Part shown: positions 29,310 to 37,699 of the stretch, in pieces
Layout of the letters: every line of letters begins with the position of its first letter
Numbering within the stretch: the first letter of the stretch is position 1
Notes under the pieces: model-generated
Databases searched by the model: none
Told to the model about the DNA's origin: nothing
Seen by the model: only the letters and a program-made list of their open reading frames with translations
NCBI GenBank assembly: GCA_958452575.1
Contig: CAUDUM010000007.1
Span: forward strand, 87,127-151,126
From: an uncultured Eggerthellaceae bacterium
GTDB lineage: Bacteria > Actinomycetota > Coriobacteriia > Coriobacteriales > Eggerthellaceae
DNA: 64,000 nucleotides
Direction of reading: 5' to 3'
Program-made: the position numbers and the translations under genes

Positions 29310-29672
29310 CCATATTCATGTGGAGGATGCGGGGCTTTGCGTACCGAGACGCGCGGGGGCGTGGCTCGGGAACGGGGAGACACATAGCGGAGGCGGTGCC
29401 CCGTCGCCGCGCGAATAATGCGACTCAAAAGGCTGGCCGCGGCGAGCGGTCGGCCTAATGCGGTATTCGGCGCACCTCGTACCGAAAGGTTTACCCGTTC
29501 ATACGATTTAAAGCCCCAAGAGCGATGTGCAAGTTCAGGGCGTTCTATAAACTTGCACCGTTTGCGGGCTGTCTTGAGTCATGGCGGCGGCCCATGCGGC
29601 ATGCGGCCGTGGAAAGACGGCAATGACAATGTAGGTAAAGGCAAGCATGACGAGTAGAAGAGGGGAAGGTAG

Positions 29673-32573
29673 ATGGCGGAGATTTCCAAGGAGTCGCACG
29701 GCCTGAAGGACCTGATGTGTCCCGATATCGTGTCGACCGAAGTCGATGTCAACGCTCCTGGCGTCGAGATGATCAAGTCGCTGTGCTATTTCTGCCACGC
29801 GAACTGCGGTGTTCTCGCATACGTCAAAGACGGTGACGTCATCAAGATCAAAGGCGATCCCGACTACAGCAACAAGGGAGGCCTGTGCTGCCGCGGCACC
29901 AGCGCGCTGCTGCACGTCAATCATCCCGCCCGCGTCAACCACGTGCTCAAGCGCGTCGGCGAGAAGGGCGAGGGCAAGTGGGAGCAGATCCCGTACGATC
30001 AGGGCATCCAGGAGGTCGCTGACCGCCTGAACCAGATCAAGGCCGAAAGCGGCGCCGAGGCTGTCGCCTCCGCCGGCGGCACCACGCGCACCGACGACTT
30101 CGCCCGTCGTCGTTTCCTGAACCTGTTCGGCACCCCGAACGGCTTCCACAACGCGCTGCTGTGCTGGATCCCCACGTTCATGACCGAGACCTGCGTGTGC
30201 GGTTGGTCCCCGTTCGAGACCGACCTGGGCGCTGCGAAGAGCCTGATCCTGTGGGGCATGAACCCCGGCGCCTCCTCGCTGCCCAGCATGCGCGGCTACA
30301 CCGACCTGCAGATGCAGACCGGCCTGAAGATCATCATGGTCGATCCTCGCTACTCCGAGACTGCCTCCAAGGCCGACCTGTGGCTGCCGCTGCGTCCCGG
30401 CTCCGACTCCGCTCTGGCGCTGGCGCTGCTGCACACCATCATCTTCGAGGGCCTGTACGACTGGGAGTTCGTCGAGCAGTGGTGCGACGGCTTCGAGGAG
30501 CTGCAGGATCGCATGGTCGACTACAGCCCCGAGTGGGCATCGACCATCACCTGGCTTGATCCCGAGCAGATCCGCGCCGCCGCGCGCCTGTACGCGATGA
30601 ACAAGCCCGGCTGCATCCAGTGGGGCTGCACGTGGGATCAGATGGGCCGCGCGTCCACCACGGTCGCCCATGCGCTCACGCTCATCCGCGCCATCTGCGG
30701 CAACCTGGACGTCCCCGGCGGCGACGGCATGCCCGGCCCGGCCATCAACTACCTCACCGACGAGGAGATGGAACTCAACGAGCGCCTGCCCGAGGAGCAG
30801 AAGGCCAAGCAGATCGGCTCCAACAAGTTCAAGCTGACCTCCTGGCCCGGCTACCAGCTGATCTCCGACAACGCCAAGCGCACGTGGGGCAAGACCCTGC
30901 CTGCCGAGTGGTTCTGCGAGGCCCACGGCCCCAGCGTCTTCAAGGCGATTCTCACCGGCGATCCGTACCAGGTGCGCGCGCTCATCGTGAACGCCACCAA
31001 CCCGGTGAACTCCTACGGCGACTCCAAGATGACGCTCGCCGCCCTTAAGAAGGTCGAGTTCCTGGTCACCGTCGAGTACTGGATCACCCCGACCGCGCTG
31101 CTGTCCGATTACGTGTTCCCGGCTGCCGGCGCGCTCGAGCGTCCGATCATCGTCACCCACTACGGCGCCACCGACTCCGTCATGGGCGGCCGCCGCGCCA
31201 TCCAGCCCAAGTACGACCGCCACGACGACTTCACCTTCTGGCGCAAGCTGGGCCTGGCCTGCGGTCAGTCCGAGGAGGATTGGCCTTGGGAGACCATCGA
31301 GGAGGCCTACTCCGCGATCATCGCGCCGCTGGGTCTGCCGATCTCCGGTTGGGACGAGTTCGTCGACAACTTCCGCATGTACTATCCGCCGCTGCACCAG
31401 AGCAAGTTCATCAACAACAACGGCTTCTGGACCCCGACGGGCAAGATCGAGTGCAACTCGACCATCATGCGCCAGCTGGGCTACGACGGCATGCCGTCCT
31501 ACACGGGCACTGCCGAGAACCCCGAGGACACGCCGGAGCTGCTGGAGGAGTACCCGCTGGTGCTCACCACGGGCGGCGGCTTCATGCCGTTCCATCACTC
31601 CGAGCACTTCAACATGCCCAACATCCGCTACCTGTATCCGGATCCGTACTTCTACATCAACCCGGAGAAGGCCGCCGAGCTCAACATCGTCCGCGGCGAC
31701 TGGTGCTGGATCGAGACCCGTCGCGGCCGCATCAAGATGCGCGCCAGCGTGGAGCCCATCGTCGATCCTCGCGTGATCATGTGCCCGCGCGGCTGGTGGT
31801 TCCCCGAGCGCGACGGTTCCGCCGACCTGGACAACCCGTTCGGCTGCCTGGAGTCCAACGTCAACACGCTGACCTCCGTCGATGACGAGGACTGCGATCC
31901 CATGGGCGGCTCCTGGTCCAACCGCGGCATGCTGTGCAAGGTCTACAAGTGCGGCGACTTCGACAACGTCTTCAAGCCTGAAGACGCCCAGTTCTCCATC
32001 CCCAGCTCCGCCAAGGAGCCCGGCATCCATGTGATGCCCAGCGAGCAGAAGCTGTGCAAGGAGAAGATCCCGTTCGAGATGCCCGAGTGCACCAAGGAAG
32101 TTCCCGAGGGCTACTACTGGGTGTGGCAGAACGACGGCATCTACCAGAAGGACACGCACTTCAAGCTGGACGACTCCGGCTGGCTGATTGACCCCAAGAC
32201 CAAGGCCTACATCGACCCGCACACCGGTTGGCGCTACGACGGCAACGAGCAGTGCCTGGTCGACGACGCCACGGGCAAGAAGTACACGATGGAGCGCGTC
32301 GAGATCACCTACGTCGCCGGCGTGCGCACCTATCCCGGCCAGGACGCGCCGTACGCGGTGCCCGAGCAGCTGACCTGGGATCAGGAGAAGGGCTACGCCG
32401 TCTTGGGCGACAAGCCGTACGTGTACGATCCCAACAGCGGCTGGATGCTCGATCCCGCTACGGGCGCCTACCATGACGCCTACTACGGCTGGCTGTACGA
32501 CGCCGCGGGCAACTGCCTGGTGGACGAGGCGACGGGCAACCGTTACGACATGTCGTACCAGCCCCTTCAGTAA
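29673..32573 (+). CDS. molybdopterin (bis-PGD) oxidoreductase catalytic subunit, signal-less, with a C-terminal extension of about 200 aa
   Basis: N-terminal CxxCxxxC...C [4Fe-4S] motif (CYFCHANC...CCRG), FGTPN...LLCW region, and molybdopterin and dinucleotide-binding domain-like blocks (GDWCWIETRRGRI). A TAG stop immediately precedes the ATG. Confidence 0.85.
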   Translation: MAEISKESHGLKDLMCPDIVSTEVDVNAPGVEMIKSLCYFCHANCGVLAYVKDGDVIKIKGDPDYSNKGGLCCRGTSALLHVNHPARVNHVLKRVGEKGEGKWEQIPYDQGIQEVADRLNQIKAESGAEAVASAGGTTRTDDFARRRFLNLFGTPNGFHNALLCWIPTFMTETCVCGWSPFETDLGAAKSLILWGMNPGASSLPSMRGYTDLQMQTGLKIIMVDPRYSETASKADLWLPLRPGSDSALALALLHTIIFEGLYDWEFVEQWCDGFEELQDRMVDYSPEWASTITWLDPEQIRAAARLYAMNKPGCIQWGCTWDQMGRASTTVAHALTLIRAICGNLDVPGGDGMPGPAINYLTDEEMELNERLPEEQKAKQIGSNKFKLTSWPGYQLISDNAKRTWGKTLPAEWFCEAHGPSVFKAILTGDPYQVRALIVNATNPVNSYGDSKMTLAALKKVEFLVTVEYWITPTALLSDYVFPAAGALERPIIVTHYGATDSVMGGRRAIQPKYDRHDDFTFWRKLGLACGQSEEDWPWETIEEAYSAIIAPLGLPISGWDEFVDNFRMYYPPLHQSKFINNNGFWTPTGKIECNSTIMRQLGYDGMPSYTGTAENPEDTPELLEEYPLVLTTGGGFMPFHHSEHFNMPNIRYLYPDPYFYINPEKAAELNIVRGDWCWIETRRGRIKMRASVEPIVDPRVIMCPRGWWFPERDGSADLDNPFGCLESNVNTLTSVDDEDCDPMGGSWSNRGMLCKVYKCGDFDNVFKPEDAQFSIPSSAKEPGIHVMPSEQKLCKEKIPFEMPECTKEVPEGYYWVWQNDGIYQKDTHFKLDDSGWLIDPKTKAYIDPHTGWRYDGNEQCLVDDATGKKYTMERVEITYVAGVRTYPGQDAPYAVPEQLTWDQEKGYAVLGDKPYVYDPNSGWMLDPATGAYHDAYYGWLYDAAGNCLVDEATGNRYDMSYQPLQ

Positions 32574-32603
32574 GTAAGCATCGAGTAGGAGAAAGGATAG
32601 GAA

Positions 32604-33182
32604 ATGACTCGTTACGTTATGGTCATCGACCAGCGTCGTTGCATCGGCTGCCACTCCTGCACGGTTGCTTGCCGTGTGTGGAACAAGCTCCCGCTTGACA
32701 TCATTTACAACCCGGTCGTCTCCGAGGGCGTTCAGGGCACCTGGCCCAACGTCCATCGCAACTGGACGCCGCTTTTGTGCATGCACTGCGAGAACCCCGA
32801 GTGCGTGCCCTGCTGCCCCTCCGGCGCAAGCCAGCAGGACGACGACGGCACCGTTTGGGTGGATCCCAAGAAGTGCCTGTCCTGCAAGGTGTGCGTGAAC
32901 GCGTGCCCCTACGGCATGCGCGACGCCTCCCACCTGGAGAACCGCATGCATCGCTTCGTGCGCAAGTGCACGTTCTGCCGTGACAAGCGCCAGCTCGATC
33001 CGGATGCCCAGCCCTACTGCGTGGAGACCTGCCACCAGAAGGCCCGTATCTTCGGCGATCTGGACGATCCGAACAGCGAAGTGTCCAAGCTCATCGGCTC
33101 GGTCAAGACCGACCGCATCTTCACCGAGTTCGGCACCGATCCTCAGATCTACTACATTCCGTGTTTGGGAGGTCAGGCATAA
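32604..33182 (+). CDS. 4x[4Fe-4S] ferredoxin-type electron-transfer subunit (DmsB/PsrB/NrfC-like)
   Basis: Four Cys groups: CIGCHSCTVAC, CMHCENPECVPCCP, CLSCKVCVNACP and CTFC...CVETC. Confidence 0.85.
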   Translation: MTRYVMVIDQRRCIGCHSCTVACRVWNKLPLDIIYNPVVSEGVQGTWPNVHRNWTPLLCMHCENPECVPCCPSGASQQDDDGTVWVDPKKCLSCKVCVNACPYGMRDASHLENRMHRFVRKCTFCRDKRQLDPDAQPYCVETCHQKARIFGDLDDPNSEVSKLIGSVKTDRIFTEFGTDPQIYYIPCLGGQA

Positions 33183-34162
33183 TGAAACATCATTACTGGG
33201 AACCGCCTATCGCCCTGTACCTGTTCCTAGGCGGTCTGGCTGGCGGCATTCTGTTCCTGTCTGCCATTTTCAACAGCTTCGTGATCCCGGGCTATGGCGA
33301 GATCTTCGCCTTCCCGGTGCTCATCGCGCTGATCTGCGTGGCTATCGGCTGCGTGTTCCTGATCATCGACCTGGGCCAGCCCGGCGTGTTCTGGCGCGTG
33401 TGGACCACGGCGACCTCCATCATCAAGTGGGGCGCCACCTTCCTGGTCATCGCCGCCGTGTTCGCGCTGCTGTACCTGCTCGCGTTCCTCGATCAGGCGT
33501 GGCCGATCTTCGGCGGGCTTTCGCAGTTCCTGCTGCCTGCCGCTGACTTCTTCCTGATCGTCGCGGGCTTCTTCGGCCTGTGCATCATGATGTACACCGG
33601 CATCATGCTGTCGACCCTGAAGGCGCATGCGTTCTGGGCCACCCCTGCTCTGCCCGTGCTGTTCACGATCTCCGCTATCTCCACCGGCTGCGCCGCCATC
33701 GTGCTGTCCATCGGCGGTTGGCCGGCTCAGATCACGCTCGAGAGCCTGCTGGCTGCAGCGCTCGTGCTGGAGATCCTGCACATCGTCGACATCGTGCTGG
33801 TCATCGCCGAGCTCATCGTGCTGCTGACCATGGTCCTGTCCTTCGCGGGCGCCGGCAACGTGACCGCCAAGAAGGCCGCGATGCGCTGGATCAAGGGCAA
33901 TTACGCCCTGCTGTTCTGGGTGGGCATGGTCTTCCTGGGCCTGCTCGTCCCGCTGATGATGTACATCGGCGGCGGCCACTCCGCTGCTGCTCAGATCGTG
34001 GCTCCCGTGCTGGTTCTGTGCGGCGGCTGCCTGCTGCGCTTCATGGTCGTCAACACCGACGATCGTGCGGACATCCCGGGCGAGATCCGCTACTACAACC
34101 GTGTTGCCAAGCCTGACGCCGAGTTCGTCAAGAAGTGGGAATACGGCAAGAACCTCTTCTAA
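33182..34162 (+). CDS. NrfD/PsrC-type polytopic membrane anchor
   Basis: ATG overlaps the preceding stop (TAATG). MKHHYWEPPIALYLFLGGLAGG N-terminus, about 8 TM. Confidence 0.75.
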   Translation: MKHHYWEPPIALYLFLGGLAGGILFLSAIFNSFVIPGYGEIFAFPVLIALICVAIGCVFLIIDLGQPGVFWRVWTTATSIIKWGATFLVIAAVFALLYLLAFLDQAWPIFGGLSQFLLPAADFFLIVAGFFGLCIMMYTGIMLSTLKAHAFWATPALPVLFTISAISTGCAAIVLSIGGWPAQITLESLLAAALVLEILHIVDIVLVIAELIVLLTMVLSFAGAGNVTAKKAAMRWIKGNYALLFWVGMVFLGLLVPLMMYIGGGHSAAAQIVAPVLVLCGGCLLRFMVVNTDDRADIPGEIRYYNRVAKPDAEFVKKWEYGKNLF

Positions 34163-34166
34163 TTTC

Positions 34167-34253
34167 GTTCCGCCGGCCTGACGGCCGGCGGAACTGGCCG
34201 CCGCTGCGACCGCCTGAGGCACCTCAGGCGCTCTCGCTGACGTTACGAACGAC
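34167..34253 (+). repeat. intergenic repeat family 1, copy 2 (short form)
   Basis: Hairpin GTTCCGCCGGCC-TGAC-GGCCGGCGGAAC, GCCGCCGCTGC, and 3' anchor CTCGCTGACGTTACGAACGAC (34233-34253). Confidence 0.75.
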
Positions 34254-34312
34254 AAGGGAGGCAATGGCGGTCGAGGGTGATAATTTCGGGGGTGCGACCT
34301 TGCGGTCGGGCC

Positions 34313-34388
34313 CCCGTTTGTTTAGGCTCGCCGTCCTGGTGGGATGCTGCGGCACCCGGCGGCAGGACGGCGGCCCTAGGCAAACGGG
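34313..34388 (+). promoter_or_regulatory. 26-bp imperfect hairpin abutting the RBS of the CCG-protein gene (candidate RNA leader structure)
   Basis: cccgtttgtttaggctcgccgtcctg pairs with caggacggcggccctaggcaaacggg. Three positions are G-U on the + strand RNA only. Confidence 0.5.
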
Positions 34389-34403
34389 AAAAGGGGGTTG
34401 GCA

Positions 34404-35360
34404 ATGTCTGGATACGTGTACGACGACGCGCTGACAGGGAGCCGAGTCACCTGCGGCTATCCAGAACTTTCGGCGTGGGTGGAGCCCGCGCGCGCATCCG
34501 AGGGGGATGCCGCTCCGGTCAAGTCGTTGTATTTCCCGGGGTGCTCGTTCATCAACTACTCGCTGCCGCTTGTCCAGGCGGTGTACGATCTGCTAAAGGG
34601 CGCCGGTCGCGTGGATGGCGTGTCGCTGGTGTGCTGCGGCAAGATCCTGCAGTACGAGCCCAATGGCAAGGAGGTTCGCGCGGCGCACGAAGCGCAGCTG
34701 CGCGAGCACATCCTGAGCACCGGAGTCGAGCGCATCATTACGGCTTGCCCTAATTGCGTGAAGGCGCTGCGCGCCTTGCTGGCGGCCGATGAGCGCACCG
34801 CCGACGTTGAGGTCGTGCCGCTGCCGGTGGAGTTGGCGGAGATGGGCTACCGCATCGATGCCGAGGTGGCTCGCAAGATGGTCGCCACCGCCGTGCCGGA
34901 GTCCGACGCCGCGGCCGGTGGGCTGCCTCATTTCGCCCCGCACGATTCCTGTCCCGATCGCGATACGGGCGAGTTCGCTGACGGCGTTCGCGCTTTGCTT
35001 CCCGAAGGAACGATCCGCGAGGCCGAGCACAACCGACACCGGTCGTTCTGCTGCGGCAGCCTGCTGCGCGCGGCGGGCAAACCGGAGCGCGCATCGGAGC
35101 AGTCGCGCAAGCATGGCCAAGAGGCGGTCGCCGCACAGGCGGATGCCATCGTGACCGCCTGCATGAGCTGCACGTTCCTGCTGTCAAAGGAGCAGCGTGA
35201 CGTTCCGGTGTTCCACTATCTTGAACTGCTGTACGACTGGCGCATCGATTGGGACAACACCCCGCCTTATATGACGCTGCGTTTCCTGTTCGACGAGCCC
35301 GCGCCTTCGGAGGAGTCGCGCCGGACGTTCGTCGGCCTGGATTCCGCCAACGCTGAGTAG
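34404..35360 (+). CDS. (Fe-S) oxidoreductase with two CCG (Cys-rich) domains, HdrB/LutA/GlpC-like
   Basis: PGCSF...VCCGKIL...TACPNC and HDSCPD...SFCCGSL...TACMSC. ATG at 34404 after AAAAGGGGG. Confidence 0.75.
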   Translation: MSGYVYDDALTGSRVTCGYPELSAWVEPARASEGDAAPVKSLYFPGCSFINYSLPLVQAVYDLLKGAGRVDGVSLVCCGKILQYEPNGKEVRAAHEAQLREHILSTGVERIITACPNCVKALRALLAADERTADVEVVPLPVELAEMGYRIDAEVARKMVATAVPESDAAAGGLPHFAPHDSCPDRDTGEFADGVRALLPEGTIREAEHNRHRSFCCGSLLRAAGKPERASEQSRKHGQEAVAAQADAIVTACMSCTFLLSKEQRDVPVFHYLELLYDWRIDWDNTPPYMTLRFLFDEPAPSEESRRTFVGLDSANAE

Positions 35361-35381
35361 AATCGACGGAGCCTCGCGACA

Positions 35382-37619
35382 ATGCAAGAGATCAAACCTA
35401 CGAACTGCCACTACTGCGGATACTGCTGCGCCTTTTTGGCGACGGTGGAGGACGGCCGCGTGATCGACCTTCAGCCTGATCCCACGCGCTATCCGTACGA
35501 CGATCGCATCCTTGCCGGATGCCGTCGCTGGCGCATGAACCTGGCTGCCCTCGACGGGGACGACCGCGTCAACCACCCGCTGCGTCGCGTTGGCGAGCGC
35601 GGCGCCAATCAGTGGGAACGTGTGAGCTGGGATGAGGCGCTCGACGATATCGCGATGCGTTTGCGCGAGCTGGCGGATCAGCATGGCCCCGAAACGCTTG
35701 CCAGCGCCATCGGCGGGCCGCACGCATCGTTTTGGCCGCTCCATCGCTTCATGAACCTGTTCGGCAGCCCCAACAACATGGGTATCGGCCAGATCTGCTG
35801 GAACCCGCGCATCTGGATGGATGCGCTTACGTTCGGATGGACGGTCGAGGCCGACATCACACCCGGTTTGACGGAGTGCCTGTTCATATGGGGCACCAAT
35901 CCCGCGCAATCGGACAACTCGGCGTTCTGGCGCGCCATCATCCAATTCTCCAAGACCGAGGCGTCGCTCGTCGTCATCGACCCGCGCCGCACGCAGGTCG
36001 CGGCGCTGGCGGATATCTGGCTGCCGGTCCGCCCCGGCACCGATTGCACGCTCGCACTGGCCTTCATGCACGTGATCATCGAGGAGGGGTTGGTCGACCG
36101 GGCGTTCCTCGATGAGTGGTGCCATGGGTTCGACGAGCTCGCCGATCACGTGAAGCCCTACACTCCGGCGCGCGCGGCTCGCGAGTGCGGCGTTTCCGAG
36201 GACGACATCGTGCGCGCGGCGCGTCTGTTCGGTGGCGCGCGGGCGGCAGCGCTCGTGTCGGGACGCGGCATCGACCAGGTGGGCGTGAACGTTGCGCCCA
36301 CGCACCGCGCGATCTGCTGTTTGCGTGCCATCACGGGCAACGTCGACAAGCAGGGCGCCTGCGTTTTGGCGGAAGCGAGCGACTTCATCCCCGAGGTCGA
36401 TATGGAGATGACCGACGCGCTGGCTCCCGAGCATCGCGCCCGCTGTCTCAATACGCAGCGCACGCCGCTGCAGTGTTATGAGGGGTACGCGAAGGCGCGC
36501 GAGCTCACCGAGAAGCTGGGGCGCCGTCTGCCGGAGCGCTACCTGACCTCCGCTGCACCCGATCTGGTGCTTCGCGCGATGGAGACGGGCGAGCCGTATC
36601 CGGTGCGCGCGCTCATCGTCAACGCCACCAACCCGCTTATCACTTACGCCGACACCCACCGCGTCTTCAAGGCGTTCATGGGGCTTGACCTTATCGTGGT
36701 GCTCGACTACTACATGACCCCCACGGCGAGCATCGCCGACTATGTTCTGCCGATCGCCGGCGCCATCGAACGCCCGATCTTCCAGGTGCACGGCGGCGTG
36801 GCGAACAACGGCTACGGCGGTCCCGCGGCGGTCGAGCCGTATTACGAACGTCGCACCGATTACGAGGTGTTCCGCGAGTTGGGCCTGCGCCTGGGGCAGG
36901 CCGATGCCTGGCCTCAGGAGACGCTGGAGGATGCGTTTGCCGCGCAGCTGGCCCCTACGGGGATGGATTGGGAAACCTATTGCCAGATCGGCCTGTACTA
37001 TCAACCGCCCGCGTACGAGAAGCACCTGATCACCGGACCGGACGGCGTACCTCGGGGCTTCGCCACCACCACGGGCAAGATCGAGCTTGCCAGCGAGTTT
37101 CTGCCGCAAGTCGGCGGGACGCGGCTCCCCGAGCCGGGTGGGCATCTCTCACTGTGCTCGCCGGAGCTGATCGAGCGCGTCCAGGCGGAAGGCGGAGCGC
37201 ATCTGCGCATGATCACGGGTTCGCGCAAGCAGCCGTACAACGCGTCGATGTACTTCAACAATCCCGAGTTCCGCGCCAAATCGCCTATGCCGGTCGCCGA
37301 GGTCAGCGAGGCGACGGCAGCGCGTCTGGGTCTGGCGGCGGGCGACACGGTGGAGATCGCCACCGACCAGGGCAGCGCGCGGTTCGAGCTGGCGACGGCG
37401 CGGATGCGCGATGATCTGGTCAACGTCGATTACGGTTGGTGGCATCCCGAATGGGAGCCGGGCGCGCCCGATTTCGGCGGCATGTGGGAGTCCAATGTGA
37501 ACTGTCTGACCACCTGCGAGCTGGCTGAGCCGATGATCGGCACCTGGAGCTACAATGACATCGATTGCGTCATCAAGCGCGTCGAAGAGCCGATCAGCTG
37601 GCAGAAAGATCGCCAGTAG
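35382..37619 (+). CDS. second molybdopterin (bis-PGD) oxidoreductase, signal-less, 745 aa
   Basis: CHYCGYCC...C N-terminal Fe-S motif, FGSPNNMGIGQICW, WGTNPAQS, and C-terminal GDTVEIATDQGSARF beta-barrel domain. Confidence 0.85.
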   Translation: MQEIKPTNCHYCGYCCAFLATVEDGRVIDLQPDPTRYPYDDRILAGCRRWRMNLAALDGDDRVNHPLRRVGERGANQWERVSWDEALDDIAMRLRELADQHGPETLASAIGGPHASFWPLHRFMNLFGSPNNMGIGQICWNPRIWMDALTFGWTVEADITPGLTECLFIWGTNPAQSDNSAFWRAIIQFSKTEASLVVIDPRRTQVAALADIWLPVRPGTDCTLALAFMHVIIEEGLVDRAFLDEWCHGFDELADHVKPYTPARAARECGVSEDDIVRAARLFGGARAAALVSGRGIDQVGVNVAPTHRAICCLRAITGNVDKQGACVLAEASDFIPEVDMEMTDALAPEHRARCLNTQRTPLQCYEGYAKARELTEKLGRRLPERYLTSAAPDLVLRAMETGEPYPVRALIVNATNPLITYADTHRVFKAFMGLDLIVVLDYYMTPTASIADYVLPIAGAIERPIFQVHGGVANNGYGGPAAVEPYYERRTDYEVFRELGLRLGQADAWPQETLEDAFAAQLAPTGMDWETYCQIGLYYQPPAYEKHLITGPDGVPRGFATTTGKIELASEFLPQVGGTRLPEPGGHLSLCSPELIERVQAEGGAHLRMITGSRKQPYNASMYFNNPEFRAKSPMPVAEVSEATAARLGLAAGDTVEIATDQGSARFELATARMRDDLVNVDYGWWHPEWEPGAPDFGGMWESNVNCLTTCELAEPMIGTWSYNDIDCVIKRVEEPISWQKDRQ

Positions 37620-37699
37620 AACTGTTAAGAGACACCGGCGACGAACGCGCGGCGCCCGTGCGGGGTCGCCGCGCCGATAGACGAGGAGGAACAAGCCGT

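Noticed and set aside
29673-29760. Tat signal peptide on Mo enzyme 1 via an alternative upstream start
   Set aside because: An in-frame TAG sits immediately 5' of the ATG. The first 35 residues contain no RR motif and no hydrophobic core.
29535-33035. 1166-aa ORF on the minus strand, and similar long antisense ORFs at 1320-2840, 5089-6801, 35184-37145, 38589-40214, 46482-48344, 52234-55128 and 57332-59359
   Set aside because: All lie antisense to genes with clear family motifs. Their translations are Arg/Ala/Gly/His/Asp-rich with no recognisable domain and no RBS. These are typical shadow ORFs of high-GC DNA, where stop codons are rare.
34264-34434. 57-codon ORF with a strong AAGGGAGG-N5-ATG start immediately after repeat copy 2
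   Set aside because: It runs through the long leader hairpin and overlaps the CCG gene start out of frame. The peptide (MAVEGDNFGGATLRSGPRL...) has no features. The SD-like sequence may be fortuitous. A leader peptide cannot be excluded without Ribo-seq.
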